Origin: a bacterium
GTDB lineage: Bacteria; Patescibacteriota; Minisyncoccia; Phycocordibacterales; UBA6899
DNA length: 64,000 nucleotides
Direction of reading: 5' to 3'
Assembly (NCBI GenBank): GCA_021851895.1
Contig: JAJZQJ010000007.1
Location: 6,618 to 70,617 of the forward strand
Shown: positions 19,841 to 29,844 of the stretch, one piece after another
How positions within the stretch are numbered: position 1 is the stretch's first letter
Layout: every line of letters begins with the position of its first letter
Program-made: the position numbers and the translations under genes
Notes under the pieces: model-generated
What the model saw: the letters and a program-made list of their open reading frames with translations, nothing else
The model's database searches: none
What the model was told of the DNA's origin: nothing

Positions 19841-21244
19841 TTATGGCTTAATGAGACGCAAGCCTAATTCTGTGATTTGCTCGACGGGGACCTCTGATGG
19901 AGACTCTGTCATAAGCTCACGGCCTTCGCCGTTCTTTGCAAATGCAATGACTTCGCGAATGTTTGGCTCATTCTGCAGGATAGCCATCAAGCGGTCGAGT
20001 CCCCATGCAATTCCACCGTGCGGAGGAGTTCCAAAGGAGAATGCTTCGAGCATGTGGCCGAAGTTCTGATCGATCTTCTCGTCCGAGTGGCCCATGATCT
20101 GTAATACACGACGCAGCGCATCTGGATTATGATTTCGAATACTTCCACCACCTATTTCAAATCCATTGAGTGCGATATCGTACTGCGTTGTGAGAATATC
20201 ACCGATATGCTCTTTATTCATGAGCCATTCTCGATGCTCAGGCTTCGCTGCGCTGAACGGATTGTGCGTGAATGTCCAGCCACCTTCGTCTGTCTTCTCG
20301 AAGAATGGGAAATCAACCACCCAGCAAAATGCGAGAAGATCGGAATCATTCTTATCCTCTCTGATGTCCGGCTTATCTGAATTATACTTCTCCATCGCTT
20401 CCTTATAGGAAAGACGAGGGAAAGGAATTTGCTGTATACGCTTATTCGGATAGAGCTCCTTTACGATCGCGATCAATAGGCGCTCATTGAGCTCCATGAC
20501 ATCTTCCTGCTCCACGAAACTCAATTCCATATCAAGCTGCGTAAACTCAGGCTGGCGATCACCGCGGAGATCCTCATCGCGCATACAGCGCGCAAACTGG
20601 AAATAGCGCTCAAAACCTGAGGCCATCAACAGCTGCTTATACTGCTGTGGTGACTGTGGGAGTGCATAGAACTTACCAGGATTGATACGTGACGGTACGA
20701 GATAGTCGCGAGAGCCTTCAGGCGTTGATTTCGTGAGTATCGGAGTCTCGATCTCAAGAAAATTCTCCTTCGAAAGAAAATTCCTACAGAAGAGTTCGAC
20801 TTCATGACGCATTCTGAAGTTCTTCTGCAGTCGCGGTCTTCGAAGATCGAGGTAACGATAACGCAGACGGATCTCTTCATTGATATCATCGCCCGCACCA
20901 CGAATATCAAATGGCGGTGTCACTGACTCATTAAGGACTTCGATAGAGAGGAGCTCAACCTCGAGCATGCCGTTCTGTTCATCCTTATTCACGTTCTTTT
21001 CTGGTCGAGCATTCACCTTTCCGTGTATGGAGAGTACCCACTCTGAGCGCACCTTCTCGGCAACTGCATGCGCCTCCTTATTGAACGGCAATGCGACAGC
21101 CTGCACCTTTCCCGAGACATCACGTACGTCGATGAAAATGAGCTTGCCTTGGTCACGACGAACATCAACCCATCCATTGATGAGCACTTCTTCACCGATA
21201 TGTTTTTCGAGATCTTTTATGAGGATTCTTTTCATGTTGTTCAT
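19841..21244 (-). CDS. aspS: Aspartate--tRNA ligase, short form without GAD insertion
   Basis: N-terminal OB-fold anticodon-binding domain. Class II motif 2 region FRDEDLRGDRQPEFTQLDME matches AspRS, and motif 3 is GGGSIRNH...GLDRL. At 467 aa it lacks the bacterial insertion domain. Confidence 0.85.
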   Translation of the reverse strand: MNNMKRILIKDLEKHIGEEVLINGWVDVRRDQGKLIFIDVRDVSGKVQAVALPFNKEAHAVAEKVRSEWVLSIHGKVNARPEKNVNKDEQNGMLEVELLSIEVLNESVTPPFDIRGAGDDINEEIRLRYRYLDLRRPRLQKNFRMRHEVELFCRNFLSKENFLEIETPILTKSTPEGSRDYLVPSRINPGKFYALPQSPQQYKQLLMASGFERYFQFARCMRDEDLRGDRQPEFTQLDMELSFVEQEDVMELNERLLIAIVKELYPNKRIQQIPFPRLSYKEAMEKYNSDKPDIREDKNDSDLLAFCWVVDFPFFEKTDEGGWTFTHNPFSAAKPEHREWLMNKEHIGDILTTQYDIALNGFEIGGGSIRNHNPDALRRVLQIMGHSDEKIDQNFGHMLEAFSFGTPPHGGIAWGLDRLMAILQNEPNIREVIAFAKNGEGRELMTESPSEVPVEQITELGLRLIKP

Positions 21245-21246
21245 CT

Positions 21247-22260
21247 TTATCCGAAATAATTTATGTGCATGTGCGACTTCACGTGAGCAAGCACCTTCAC
21301 CGCCTCCTTGCGGGCATCTGCACTTCCCTTCTTGAGGATTGCGAGTACTGCAGCGGGGTCCTTCTCGAGCTCAGCACGTCGAGCACGGATAGGATCAAGT
21401 AATGTGTTCAATACGCCGATCAAGCGACGCTTGAGGACAACATCGCCAAGACCTCCCTTTTTATATTGTTTCTTAAGCTCGGCCACCTCTGACTTATTCG
21501 GATCAAAGATGTCGAGATAGGAGAACACGACATTCCCTTTCACTTCTCCCGGATCTGAAACATGGATATGCATGGGGTCGGTATACATCAGCATCACTTT
21601 ACGCTCGAGCTCTTTTGCAGAGTCTGAAAGGTAAATCGCATTATTGAGCGACTTACTCATCTTCGCATTGCCGTCGATACCCATGAGCCTACCATGTGTT
21701 CCCGTAATTCCTTTTATGCGAGCGAATGTCTGACCATAGATCCTATTGAAGGTATCGATGATCTCATTTGCCTGCTCAAGGACAGGAAGCTGGTCTTCCC
21801 CAACAGGTACACGCGATGCATTGAATGCGAGAATGTCTGCAGCTTGAGAGATAGGGTATGCGAGGAAACCAACAGGGATGCTTTCACCAAATCCACGCTG
21901 CTTGATCTCCGTCTTTACCGTAGGATTTTGCTTCAAGCGAGAAACAGTAACGAGATTCTGAAAATACATTGCGAGTTCTGCGATCTCAGGGACCTGAGAC
22001 TGGATAAACATCGTCGTCTTCTTGGGATCAATTCCACATGCGAGATTATCGATAGCTACCTCGAGGACATTGTCACTCACTTTCTTTGGGTCGTGTGCAT
22101 TATCAGTCAGCGCCTGCGCATCTGCGATCATATAGAAAAATGGAGCATCTTCTTTTTGCAGCTCGAGTCGATTCTGGATAGAGCCCACAAAATGCCCCAA
22201 ATGGAGCCTCCCCGTCGGTCGATCACCGGTCAAAATAGTGCCTTTTTCTTGGGCTTTCAT
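21247..22260 (-). CDS. trpS: Tryptophan--tRNA ligase
   Basis: HIGH-like 'TGRLHLGH' and 'KMSKS' motifs, 337 aa. Confidence 0.92.
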   Translation of the reverse strand: MKAQEKGTILTGDRPTGRLHLGHFVGSIQNRLELQKEDAPFFYMIADAQALTDNAHDPKKVSDNVLEVAIDNLACGIDPKKTTMFIQSQVPEIAELAMYFQNLVTVSRLKQNPTVKTEIKQRGFGESIPVGFLAYPISQAADILAFNASRVPVGEDQLPVLEQANEIIDTFNRIYGQTFARIKGITGTHGRLMGIDGNAKMSKSLNNAIYLSDSAKELERKVMLMYTDPMHIHVSDPGEVKGNVVFSYLDIFDPNKSEVAELKKQYKKGGLGDVVLKRRLIGVLNTLLDPIRARRAELEKDPAAVLAILKKGSADARKEAVKVLAHVKSHMHINYFG

Positions 22261-22319
22261 AGAGCAATACTAACAAAAAAACATATTTCCGTCTAATGAA
22301 AAACGGCAGACATAGGGTG

Positions 22320-23378
22320 CTATGTCGCCGCCTTTTCCGTATCCATTGCCTGCTTCGGAATGACCTCAGCAGGCCTGATCGCCGTCGGACTTCCCTCTGC
22401 AGGAAGCTCAATGCTGAAGATCGCACCCTTGCCGGGACCCTCGGAATCTATCCAGATCCTCCCGCGCATACCAAGGATCAATTTCTTCGCTATATAAAGC
22501 CCAAGACCAGAACCATCGGCGAATTGCTTCACTCCGCGCTCTCCGCGCTGGAACTTTGCAAAAAGCATGCGGATATCATCATGCGCGATGCCTATGCCTG
22601 TATCCTCAACTGCAATAACAACGGAATTTCTATCTCCCGTCTTTATGCGTACGGTAACACTCCCCTGAGGAGTGTAGTTCAAGGCGTTATCGATGATATT
22701 GTGAAGCACTTCACGCAACTTCTGCTCATCAGCAAGTGCAGTGTATGGCAGCTCGCGAGGCACAACATCAAGCGAAAGTTTAAGATTCTTCTGATTCGCC
22801 CGATCGATGAACTCTTCAACGAGATCATGAAGGAGGTTTACCGTATCGACCGGTGTGATGTCATAGACGATATCATTCTGTTCGATACGAGTAATACGAA
22901 GCAATTCATTGACGAGGTTCGTAAGACGCATCGAAGACTGATGCGCTCTTGTTATCGGCATATTCAGCTCGATAGGCACATGCCCATAAGCCTGCTCGAG
23001 GATCATCGAGAGATAGCCGGTCAGTGCAGTCAGCGGCGTGCGCAACTGATGCGATGCGATAGACATGAATTCGCTCTTATGCTCACTCGCAATGCGGAGT
23101 TGCTCATTGCTTCGTGCGAGCTCCCAATTCTTGTTCGAGAGATTTTTGGAGAGGTCACGAAGACGCTGCTCATCGCTCGTAACCTTCGCGAGCGTATGAC
23201 GCACAAGCACGATGACAATGGGCATGGTGAGCAAGAAAGAAAGGCTCAACAAACGCACATTCTCATCGCTCGTAACAAAAAAGATCATAGCGCCGATCAT
23301 CACTTGAAGTAGGAGGATGCCGATCATTCCGCGCGTGAATATTCCCATGAGGAATATTATAACACACGTAACAGTCAT
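22320..23378 (-). CDS. Two-component sensor histidine kinase
   Basis: Two N-terminal TM helices, a HisKA H-box (SIASHQLRTPLTAL) and HATPase_c N/G1/G2 boxes (DTGIGIA, GSGLGLYIAK). No cognate response regulator is adjacent in this window. Confidence 0.85.
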   Translation of the reverse strand: MTVTCVIIFLMGIFTRGMIGILLLQVMIGAMIFFVTSDENVRLLSLSFLLTMPIVIVLVRHTLAKVTSDEQRLRDLSKNLSNKNWELARSNEQLRIASEHKSEFMSIASHQLRTPLTALTGYLSMILEQAYGHVPIELNMPITRAHQSSMRLTNLVNELLRITRIEQNDIVYDITPVDTVNLLHDLVEEFIDRANQKNLKLSLDVVPRELPYTALADEQKLREVLHNIIDNALNYTPQGSVTVRIKTGDRNSVVIAVEDTGIGIAHDDIRMLFAKFQRGERGVKQFADGSGLGLYIAKKLILGMRGRIWIDSEGPGKGAIFSIELPAEGSPTAIRPAEVIPKQAMDTEKAAT

Positions 23379-23503
23379 GAGTCCTCAACTCAAGTCTTGA
23401 GCCATGGGTCATGAGTCATGAGAATTAATTCCATGCAGGAGAAAAGAAAAATGCAACGTATTGTTGCATTTTTCTCATGACTCATGACTTAAACTCATGA
23501 CTC
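23374..23503. repeat. Inverted blocks of YCATGAG / CTCATGA heptamer tandem repeats flanking a terminator hairpin
   Basis: gtcatgagtcatgag at 23408-23422 and its reverse complement ctcatgactcatgac at 23474-23488, surrounding the hairpin aaatgcaac-gtatt-gttgcattt. Confidence 0.8.
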
Positions 23504-23507
23504 TATA

Positions 23508-24572
23508 TTAGAATCCTTCGTGTTCGAGGTCCTTCAGCAACTCTTTCGCCTTCTTGCTCGGCTTTCCAGGGATTGCAAATGCCACCTTGATCAAAACATC
23601 ACCGGACTTGCCTCCGCGTTTTATACCAGGTATGCCCTTTTCTCTCATACGCAATATCGTACCGGGAGCAGTGCGCTCAGGAACGTCGATCGTGAGCATT
23701 TCGCCCTTTACTGACTGTAATTCCTTCTGTGCGCCGAGGACGGCCTCAGTGAGCCGTATAGGGAGATCGGCAACAAGATCATCACCCTCTCTCCTCCAAA
23801 TCTTGTGTGATTGTACATGGACAGTGATATAGAGATCACCGGGGACACCGTGCGGCACAGACTCACCGCGACCAGACATACGCAAGGTTTCTCCATCACG
23901 TACACCTGCTGGTATTGGAATGACGATCTCCTCTTCACGCTTCACCACACCCTCACCGACACAATCTTTACACTTCTCTTCTGGTATCTTTCCCGTGCCA
24001 TCACATTCTCTACAAATAACTTGCGACTGTATCGCGCCAAGTATCGTTTGCTGCAAGTGTACCGTCTTACCCTTACCGCCACAGGCATGACAAGTCTTTG
24101 ACTTCGTTCCTGGTTTTGCACCAGTACCACTACAGGTCAAACAGGTTGCATGCTTACGCAACTTCGTCGTCTTGGTGACTCCATAGACTGACTCTGCAAA
24201 TGACATCTGAATATCGATCTGAATATCTCTACCCTGCGGTGTACGCTGGCGGCGCCCGCCTCCGAAGATATCGCCAAAGATATCACCCATGTCAAAGCCG
24301 CCCTGCTGAAAGCCAGAGAAGTCGAATCCACCGAAACCGCCTGCGCCGCTAAATCCTGCGTTCGCATCAGCGCTCCCGAACTGGTCATAACGACTGCGCT
24401 TTTCATCATCAGAGAGTACCTGATATGCCTCGTTCACTTCCTTGAACTTCGCCTCGTCGCCAGTCTTCTTGTCAGGGTGATATTGATGAGCCAACTTATA
24501 GAAAGCCTTCTTGATCTCATCTTTCGATGCACCTTTTTCCACCCCAAGTACTTGATAGTAATCCTTTGACAT
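23508..24572 (-). CDS. dnaJ: Chaperone DnaJ
   Basis: J-domain with HPD (HQYHPDKK), a G/F-rich linker and four CxxCxGxG zinc-finger repeats. Confidence 0.93.
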   Translation of the reverse strand: MSKDYYQVLGVEKGASKDEIKKAFYKLAHQYHPDKKTGDEAKFKEVNEAYQVLSDDEKRSRYDQFGSADANAGFSGAGGFGGFDFSGFQQGGFDMGDIFGDIFGGGRRQRTPQGRDIQIDIQMSFAESVYGVTKTTKLRKHATCLTCSGTGAKPGTKSKTCHACGGKGKTVHLQQTILGAIQSQVICRECDGTGKIPEEKCKDCVGEGVVKREEEIVIPIPAGVRDGETLRMSGRGESVPHGVPGDLYITVHVQSHKIWRREGDDLVADLPIRLTEAVLGAQKELQSVKGEMLTIDVPERTAPGTILRMREKGIPGIKRGGKSGDVLIKVAFAIPGKPSKKAKELLKDLEHEGF

Positions 24573-24630
24573 AGTTTATATTCGTATGCGTATTATATGT
24601 ATATTCTTTGAAAAATCAATGCGTGTATCA

Positions 24631-25089
24631 TTACGCCTTCACTCGCGCAGCCCGCAGTGGTGCACAGACCTGCTCTCTATATAGAGAATAGTGCATGTAT
24701 CGCTCTGCAGCATGAGGATGGGTATCTCGGAGTGATTCGTAGCAGAGTGTAATAAGCAGCGCCGTGGTTATTTCCTTTCGCCCTTTTTCATTGATATGCG
24801 CGATGATCTCCATTGCGACGTCTCTTGCAAGCAATGCTTGGTCTCCGTGATCAGAATCCTTACCTTTCTCAAATGCATAAACAAGTGCGGTGAGCAACTT
24901 TTCGTAGACAAATCGCTGTCGCTTACCGCTGCGCTTCACAATAAACAGATTATTGCCGAGCGACGTTTCTTCCGTAGTGAAACGCATTCCGCACTCCGAA
25001 CATTCACGCCTACGCCAGATACACCCGGGTACATTTGAGCGCGAGTTCACTACCGACGTCTCAGCATTTTTACAATATATGCATTTCAT
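24631..25089 (-). CDS. nrdR: Transcriptional repressor NrdR
   Basis: N-terminal zinc ribbon (MKCIYC...CSEC..RFTTEE) followed by an ATP-cone domain. Confidence 0.88.
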   Translation of the reverse strand: MKCIYCKNAETSVVNSRSNVPGCIWRRRECSECGMRFTTEETSLGNNLFIVKRSGKRQRFVYEKLLTALVYAFEKGKDSDHGDQALLARDVAMEIIAHINEKGRKEITTALLITLCYESLRDTHPHAAERYMHYSLYREQVCAPLRAARVKA

Positions 25090-25245
25090 GACAATATATG
25101 ATACTTTTATGATAAAAATATTAACGATAATGTCAACATATCGTCCTATATTGATAGTAAAACTTGTGTTGCCATGACATGAAAATATTGTTTAGTCAAT
25201 GGTATTTGTTATGATGCATACAGATGTACATCATAAGGAGCAACT

Positions 25246-26118
25246 ATGGCTTGCATCGAGAAGATCTACAGCGTCTCCGCACTCGTCGGAAGGGGTGCCT
25301 GTAACGGCAACTGCGAATTCTGTGCCGGAAAGTACCTGCGCCCAGATGCGAAAAGCGGCGACCCGGCCTTCCTTCGCAACCTCGAGTCCGCAATCAAACT
25401 ATCGGCTCGTCACGGCGGATGGTCACTCTCGCTCACATCAAGCGGAGAGCCGACCGTTAGCCCCGATGACGTCACCGATGCACTCCGCATCTATGATAAG
25501 TGTGCACGCCAAGGAGCATACTTTCCGAACGTGAATCTTTTCACAAATGGAATCCTCCTCGGCGATGCCACTTTCTGTGACAAATGGCTGCCGCTGTGGA
25601 AGGAGCTTGGACTCACAAATGTCGCACTCTCCATCCACTCAGTTGATAGGAAAGAGCAGGCGGATGCGTACGGCCTTGATCGCTACCCGAGTTTTATAGA
25701 TATTGCAGAGAATGTTCGGAAGCATGGTGTCGGTGTTCGGGCAACACTTCTCCTGCGCAAAGGCGGAGTTGATGACGGACTCAAATATGAGCATAGTGTT
25801 CGTCATCTCATTGAGTGTTGTAATATCACCAACATCACCTCCTGGCCCATCGGCAATCCTGACGGAACTCCAAGTGAATTCACTCCCAGCGATGACAACC
25901 TGAATGACATTCGCGCCTGGCTCACACGGCATACGAAGCTCTGCCACGGTCATGTTTGGGGTGGTGGCGTCTTTGATTACAACGGAAGCATCCTCAGGCT
26001 GACTGACTACGTCACCAAGCATGACCCGGACAAAGACTTCGTGCGACAACTCGTTGTCTTCCAAGATGGTACGGTTGCGTACTCGTGGATCAAGGAAGGT
26101 GCGCTCTGCATGAAATGA
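25246..26118 (+). CDS. Radical SAM enzyme of unassigned subfamily
   Basis: CxxxCxxC cluster motif (CNGNCEFCAG) near the N-terminus and a GGE-like SSGEP motif. At 290 aa it has no C-terminal SPASM/twitch cysteine cluster. Confidence 0.75.
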   Translation: MACIEKIYSVSALVGRGACNGNCEFCAGKYLRPDAKSGDPAFLRNLESAIKLSARHGGWSLSLTSSGEPTVSPDDVTDALRIYDKCARQGAYFPNVNLFTNGILLGDATFCDKWLPLWKELGLTNVALSIHSVDRKEQADAYGLDRYPSFIDIAENVRKHGVGVRATLLLRKGGVDDGLKYEHSVRHLIECCNITNITSWPIGNPDGTPSEFTPSDDNLNDIRAWLTRHTKLCHGHVWGGGVFDYNGSILRLTDYVTKHDPDKDFVRQLVVFQDGTVAYSWIKEGALCMK

Positions 26119-26157
26119 TGACCATCTGACCTTCAGAAGCAGAACACAGGAGATCAG

Positions 26158-26547
26158 ATGTCGTATAATGCACAACGGAATAAGATCATCGATAGATACG
26201 ACACTCGGATACAGAACCTTCGAATCAAGAAGGCTGAGGCGCTAAAAGTACTTCATGAGAGAATGGTCTCCAAATCATCTGAAAGCGCGATCGCATGCGA
26301 ATATTGCTCCACATCCTCACTCGCACCGCTTTGGGAATTCCACTTTGAGTATGAATATAGCGAATGCGCATCGCGCATAGCGCACAGCGAACCGGTCGGC
26401 GGATGGGTACCCAAAACCATGCTACTGGGTATGCTTGCATGCCCATCGTGCAAAAGAAAGAGTGTGCTCGTCGAACATCCACAGCGTGACCATATCTTGG
26501 AGATCCTCCAGTGGACGATGGTCATCAAGAAGATGGAAAGAAACTGA
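26158..26547 (+). CDS. Hypothetical zinc-ribbon protein
   Basis: 129 aa with two CxxC pairs (CEYC...CPSC) about 45 residues apart. It is co-directional with and 40 nt downstream of the radical SAM gene, with a terminator immediately after. Confidence 0.4.
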   Translation: MSYNAQRNKIIDRYDTRIQNLRIKKAEALKVLHERMVSKSSESAIACEYCSTSSLAPLWEFHFEYEYSECASRIAHSEPVGGWVPKTMLLGMLACPSCKRKSVLVEHPQRDHILEILQWTMVIKKMERN

Positions 26548-26627
26548 ACGATGACATAACCCTATTTCATACCAAAAAACCGAAGCGCAGGCTTCGGTTT
26601 TATCATGATCGCATGACACCGCAGGAC

Positions 26628-27140
26628 TTAGGTGTTAACCGCACCGAGATCTCTCACGCCCGATGACTTGCTCTCAGCGCAAGGAGCAACGCCACGCGGA
26701 ATGACGAACACACAAGACTCATCATCGATCCCCAAGAAAAGAATGTATGGCCGCCACCTCGATTCAATCTCCCTATCATATATCGTGACACGCGCCACCA
26801 TATCGTCATTATAACGCAGATGGCAGTGGAGACACGGAACCGAATCACTGAGCACACCATTTCGTGCCTCGTATCTGAACCTCCAAAATGGAGGAATGCG
26901 TGCTCCTTCATGATGCTCGAGAAAGACCTCTTCACCACTCTCACTATGCTGAAATCTGACGAGCCTGAATGTACCGCGAATCTTCGTTGAATAGGTAGCG
27001 AATCTCGGAAGGACGTTCATCGCGATGAAGCCGCCGAAGAGCACACCTGAGATCGCGCCGATCATCGCGGTGAAAAGAACGGAATGAGGATCTGGGGCGA
27101 ATACTTCACCTGTAATGAAACCGAGGAGTAAACAAAGCAA
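26628..27140 (-). CDS. Hypothetical membrane protein
   Basis: 170 aa with two N-terminal TM helices and a Cys/His-containing C-terminal domain. Confidence 0.4.
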   Translation of the reverse strand: MLCLLLGFITGEVFAPDPHSVLFTAMIGAISGVLFGGFIAMNVLPRFATYSTKIRGTFRLVRFQHSESGEEVFLEHHEGARIPPFWRFRYEARNGVLSDSVPCLHCHLRYNDDMVARVTIYDREIESRWRPYILFLGIDDESCVFVIPRGVAPCAESKSSGVRDLGAVNT

Positions 27141-27358
27141 AACGTGAACATGTTCATTCCTTTTGGAAGACTGATGATATACTGCAATTAAAATATCACA
27201 CTGTCAATGAGTCGCATTTTTGAAAAACATAAGCTCATAGGACTTATGTCTTCATTGAATATGACGAAGCGAGTTTTTCGGTCATCTTCACGTGCGCGGA
27301 CTTGGCTATCGGGAAAACAAAACCTCATCCGCAGATGAGGTCATGGTGCGTGCGCCAC

Positions 27359-27520
27359 TCAGTCACTGTGGCGCAGGTCCTTCTTGTGTTTCTTCTTCCG
27401 CTGCGGTTGATTGCGGCGCGTCCTGTGTGCACCGACCCCCGAACCACTGATGAGCTTCTCGAAGAGCTCACCAGGCATGCGGCCCATCACGGGCTTCTTG
27501 ATCTTCTTGGTCGCCATCGC
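27359..27520 (-). CDS. Small, highly basic hypothetical protein (53 aa)
   Basis: Product MATKKIKKPVMGRMPGELFEKL...RRNQPQRKKKHKKDLRHSD. A strong SD (aggagg) sits 8 nt upstream of the ATG and a terminator hairpin lies downstream (27318-27345). Confidence 0.45.
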   Translation of the reverse strand, partial: AMATKKIKKPVMGRMPGELFEKLISGSGVGAHRTRRNQPQRKKKHKKDLRHSD

Positions 27521-27607
27521 GTACCTCCTGTAAATACAATACAATAATATTTTTAATTTGTCAATTAAACAGAAAACACCACAATGTGGTGTTTTCATAC
27601 TGACTCG

Positions 27608-29482
27608 CTAGATATCGCGAACATTATCCGCTCCGGCTGCACCATCCTCCTTTGGAGTCGTTCCCGCCTCCTCAGTAGACTGCTGCTTTGCCATCGCTTC
27701 TCCAATTGCGCTCATGGCTGCACCGAGATCCTCGGTTGCCTTCCTGATCGCTTCCTGGTCCGCACCATCCTTCACCTGCTTGAGTGCCTCCATCTTCTCC
27801 TCGACAGACTTCTTGATGTCCTCGGGGATCTTTCCTTCATTTTCCTTGATCGACTTCTCTGCGGTGTAGAGTGCTGACTCTGCGGTGTTCTTCACCTCAA
27901 CTGCTTCACGCTTCTTCTTATCCTCTTCTGCGTGGAGCTCTGCCTCTTTGGTCATACGTTCGATATCGGCGTCAGAAAGTGTTGAACGTGACTCGATGCG
28001 GATCGTTTGCTCCTTGCCCGAAGTCTTGTCCTTCGCTTTCACGTTGAGGATACCATCAACGTTGACGTCGAAAGTGACTTCGATCTGCGGAATGCCGCGT
28101 GGTGATGGTGGAATACCATCGAGGATGAAACGACCAAGCGTCTTGTTGTCCGCCGCCATCGGTCGCTCTCCCTGAACGATATGTATTTCAACAGATGTTT
28201 GATTATCTGCTGCAGTTGAGAATATCTGAGACTTGCTTGCAGGGATCGTAGTATTCTTCTCGATGAGCTTCGTCGCAATGTTTCCGAGCGTCTCCAAGCC
28301 GAGTGACAACGGAATCACATCGAGCAAGAGAACGTCATGAACATCTCCCTGGAGAATACCACCCTGGATTGCAGCACCAACGGCGACAACTTCATCAGGA
28401 TTCACCGACATGTTTATCTTCTTACCGAAGAAATCCTCAACGGCCTTCTGTATTGCGGGCATGCGTGTCTGGCCTCCCACCATGACGATCTCATGGATCT
28501 CACTCATAGGGAACGGAGCTGCGTCGATCGCACGCTTCGTGATCATCATCGCTCGATCGATGAACTCACGTGAGAGCTCCTCGAGCTTCGCACGGGTCAT
28601 CTTTATGACGAGGTGACGTGGACCATTTGCATCAGAAGTGATGAATGGGAGGTTGACCTCGGTCTCAACCGCAGTCGACAATTCGATCTTCGCCTTCTCT
28701 GCTGCCTCATCGAGACGCTGCTTTGCAAGTGCATCATTGCGTACATCGATACCTGACTCCTTCTTGAATTCCTCAGCAAGGAAATTGATGATGCGCTGAT
28801 CGATGTCCTTACCACCCAAGTGCGCGTCACCATCAGTAGACTTCACCTCGATGACATCCTCACCAACCTCAAGTACAGAGATATCGAACGTACCACCTCC
28901 GAAGTCGAACACTGCGATCTTCTCGTTCTTCTTCTTATTGAAGCCGTATGCGAGTGCCGCAGCGGTAGGCTCATTGATGATGCGCTTCACATCAAGACCT
29001 GCGATCTTACCGGCGTCACGTGTTGCCTGACGCTGTGCGTCATTGAAATATGCGGGCACTGTGATGACTGCCTCGGTGATCTTCTCACCAAGCTTTGCCT
29101 CTGCATCTGCCTTCATCTTCTGAATGAGCATCGCGGAGATCGCCTCTGGCGTATGCCAATCATTGCCCATCTTCACTTCGATGCCACCATTCTCTGCTTT
29201 ACGCATCTCAAATGGAACCATCGTCTTATCCTTCTGTGTTGCAGGCTCATCAAATGAGTGGCCAATGAATCGCTTGATCTGATAGATCGTATTCTGAGGA
29301 TTCGTCACTGCCTGACGCTTCGCAGGGAGACCAATGACACGCTCACCGGTCTTTGAAAGCGCGATGATAGATGGGGTCGTACGAGCACCCTCTGCGTTTT
29401 CGACGATTCGAGGCTCGCCACCTTCAACAATAGCAAAAGCCGAGTTCGTCGTACCCAAGTCAATTCCAAGAATCTTTGCCAT
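27608..29482 (-). CDS. dnaK: Chaperone DnaK (Hsp70)
   Basis: Hsp70 signatures IDLGTTNS and DLGGGTFD, 624 aa. Confidence 0.96.
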   Translation of the reverse strand: MAKILGIDLGTTNSAFAIVEGGEPRIVENAEGARTTPSIIALSKTGERVIGLPAKRQAVTNPQNTIYQIKRFIGHSFDEPATQKDKTMVPFEMRKAENGGIEVKMGNDWHTPEAISAMLIQKMKADAEAKLGEKITEAVITVPAYFNDAQRQATRDAGKIAGLDVKRIINEPTAAALAYGFNKKKNEKIAVFDFGGGTFDISVLEVGEDVIEVKSTDGDAHLGGKDIDQRIINFLAEEFKKESGIDVRNDALAKQRLDEAAEKAKIELSTAVETEVNLPFITSDANGPRHLVIKMTRAKLEELSREFIDRAMMITKRAIDAAPFPMSEIHEIVMVGGQTRMPAIQKAVEDFFGKKINMSVNPDEVVAVGAAIQGGILQGDVHDVLLLDVIPLSLGLETLGNIATKLIEKNTTIPASKSQIFSTAADNQTSVEIHIVQGERPMAADNKTLGRFILDGIPPSPRGIPQIEVTFDVNVDGILNVKAKDKTSGKEQTIRIESRSTLSDADIERMTKEAELHAEEDKKKREAVEVKNTAESALYTAEKSIKENEGKIPEDIKKSVEEKMEALKQVKDGADQEAIRKATEDLGAAMSAIGEAMAKQQSTEEAGTTPKEDGAAGADNVRDI

Positions 29483-29618
29483 AATCTTTAAAAATAATTT
29501 ACAATTTTAAGAAATCAGAGACCATACAGTCCGGTCAGCTGATTTCATTTCTAATGGCAACATTATTGCAAAATATTGAATTTATGCAATACTAAGATAT
29601 ATTAATATATTTTATTAT

Positions 29619-29843
29619 ATGCCAATAATCACTGTCCCATTAGAGAACGATCTCTTCGCATTCGTCGAGGAGGAGATTCGCGAAGGAAATGCGGAAACAA
29701 AAACGCAGGTGATTCGACAAGCGCTACGCAGACTACGAGAAGAGCGTGCATTCAATCGCCTACGAGAAGCTGAATCGGACATTCGTGAAGGCCGCCTCAT
29801 ACAAGGTGACCTCCGTGCATTGATCGATAAGCTCCCTGAATGA
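29619..29843 (+). CDS. ParD/CopG-like ribbon-helix-helix antitoxin
   Basis: 74 aa product with an N-terminal beta-strand/RHH pattern. Its stop lies 1 nt before the start of the next ORF. Confidence 0.6.
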   Translation: MPIITVPLENDLFAFVEEEIREGNAETKTQVIRQALRRLREERAFNRLREAESDIREGRLIQGDLRALIDKLPE

Positions 29844-29844
29844 T

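Noticed and set aside
23374-23503. Possible CRISPR array suggested by short tandem repeats.
   Set aside because: The repeat units are only 7 nt, arranged head to tail without spacers, and no cas genes are present, so this is not a CRISPR array.
25090-25245. Canonical paired NrdR boxes in the nrdR/radical-SAM intergenic region.
   Set aside because: Only partial palindromes are visible (acaatatat, tatattgatag). There are not two clear 16-bp boxes at the expected spacing, so this is kept as a hypothesis inside the radical-SAM finding rather than called as a feature.
29483-29618. CIRCE/HrcA operator upstream of dnaK.
   Set aside because: There is no TTAGCACTC-N9-GAGTGCTAA match, only an unrelated imperfect AT-rich inverted repeat, and no hrcA gene in the window.
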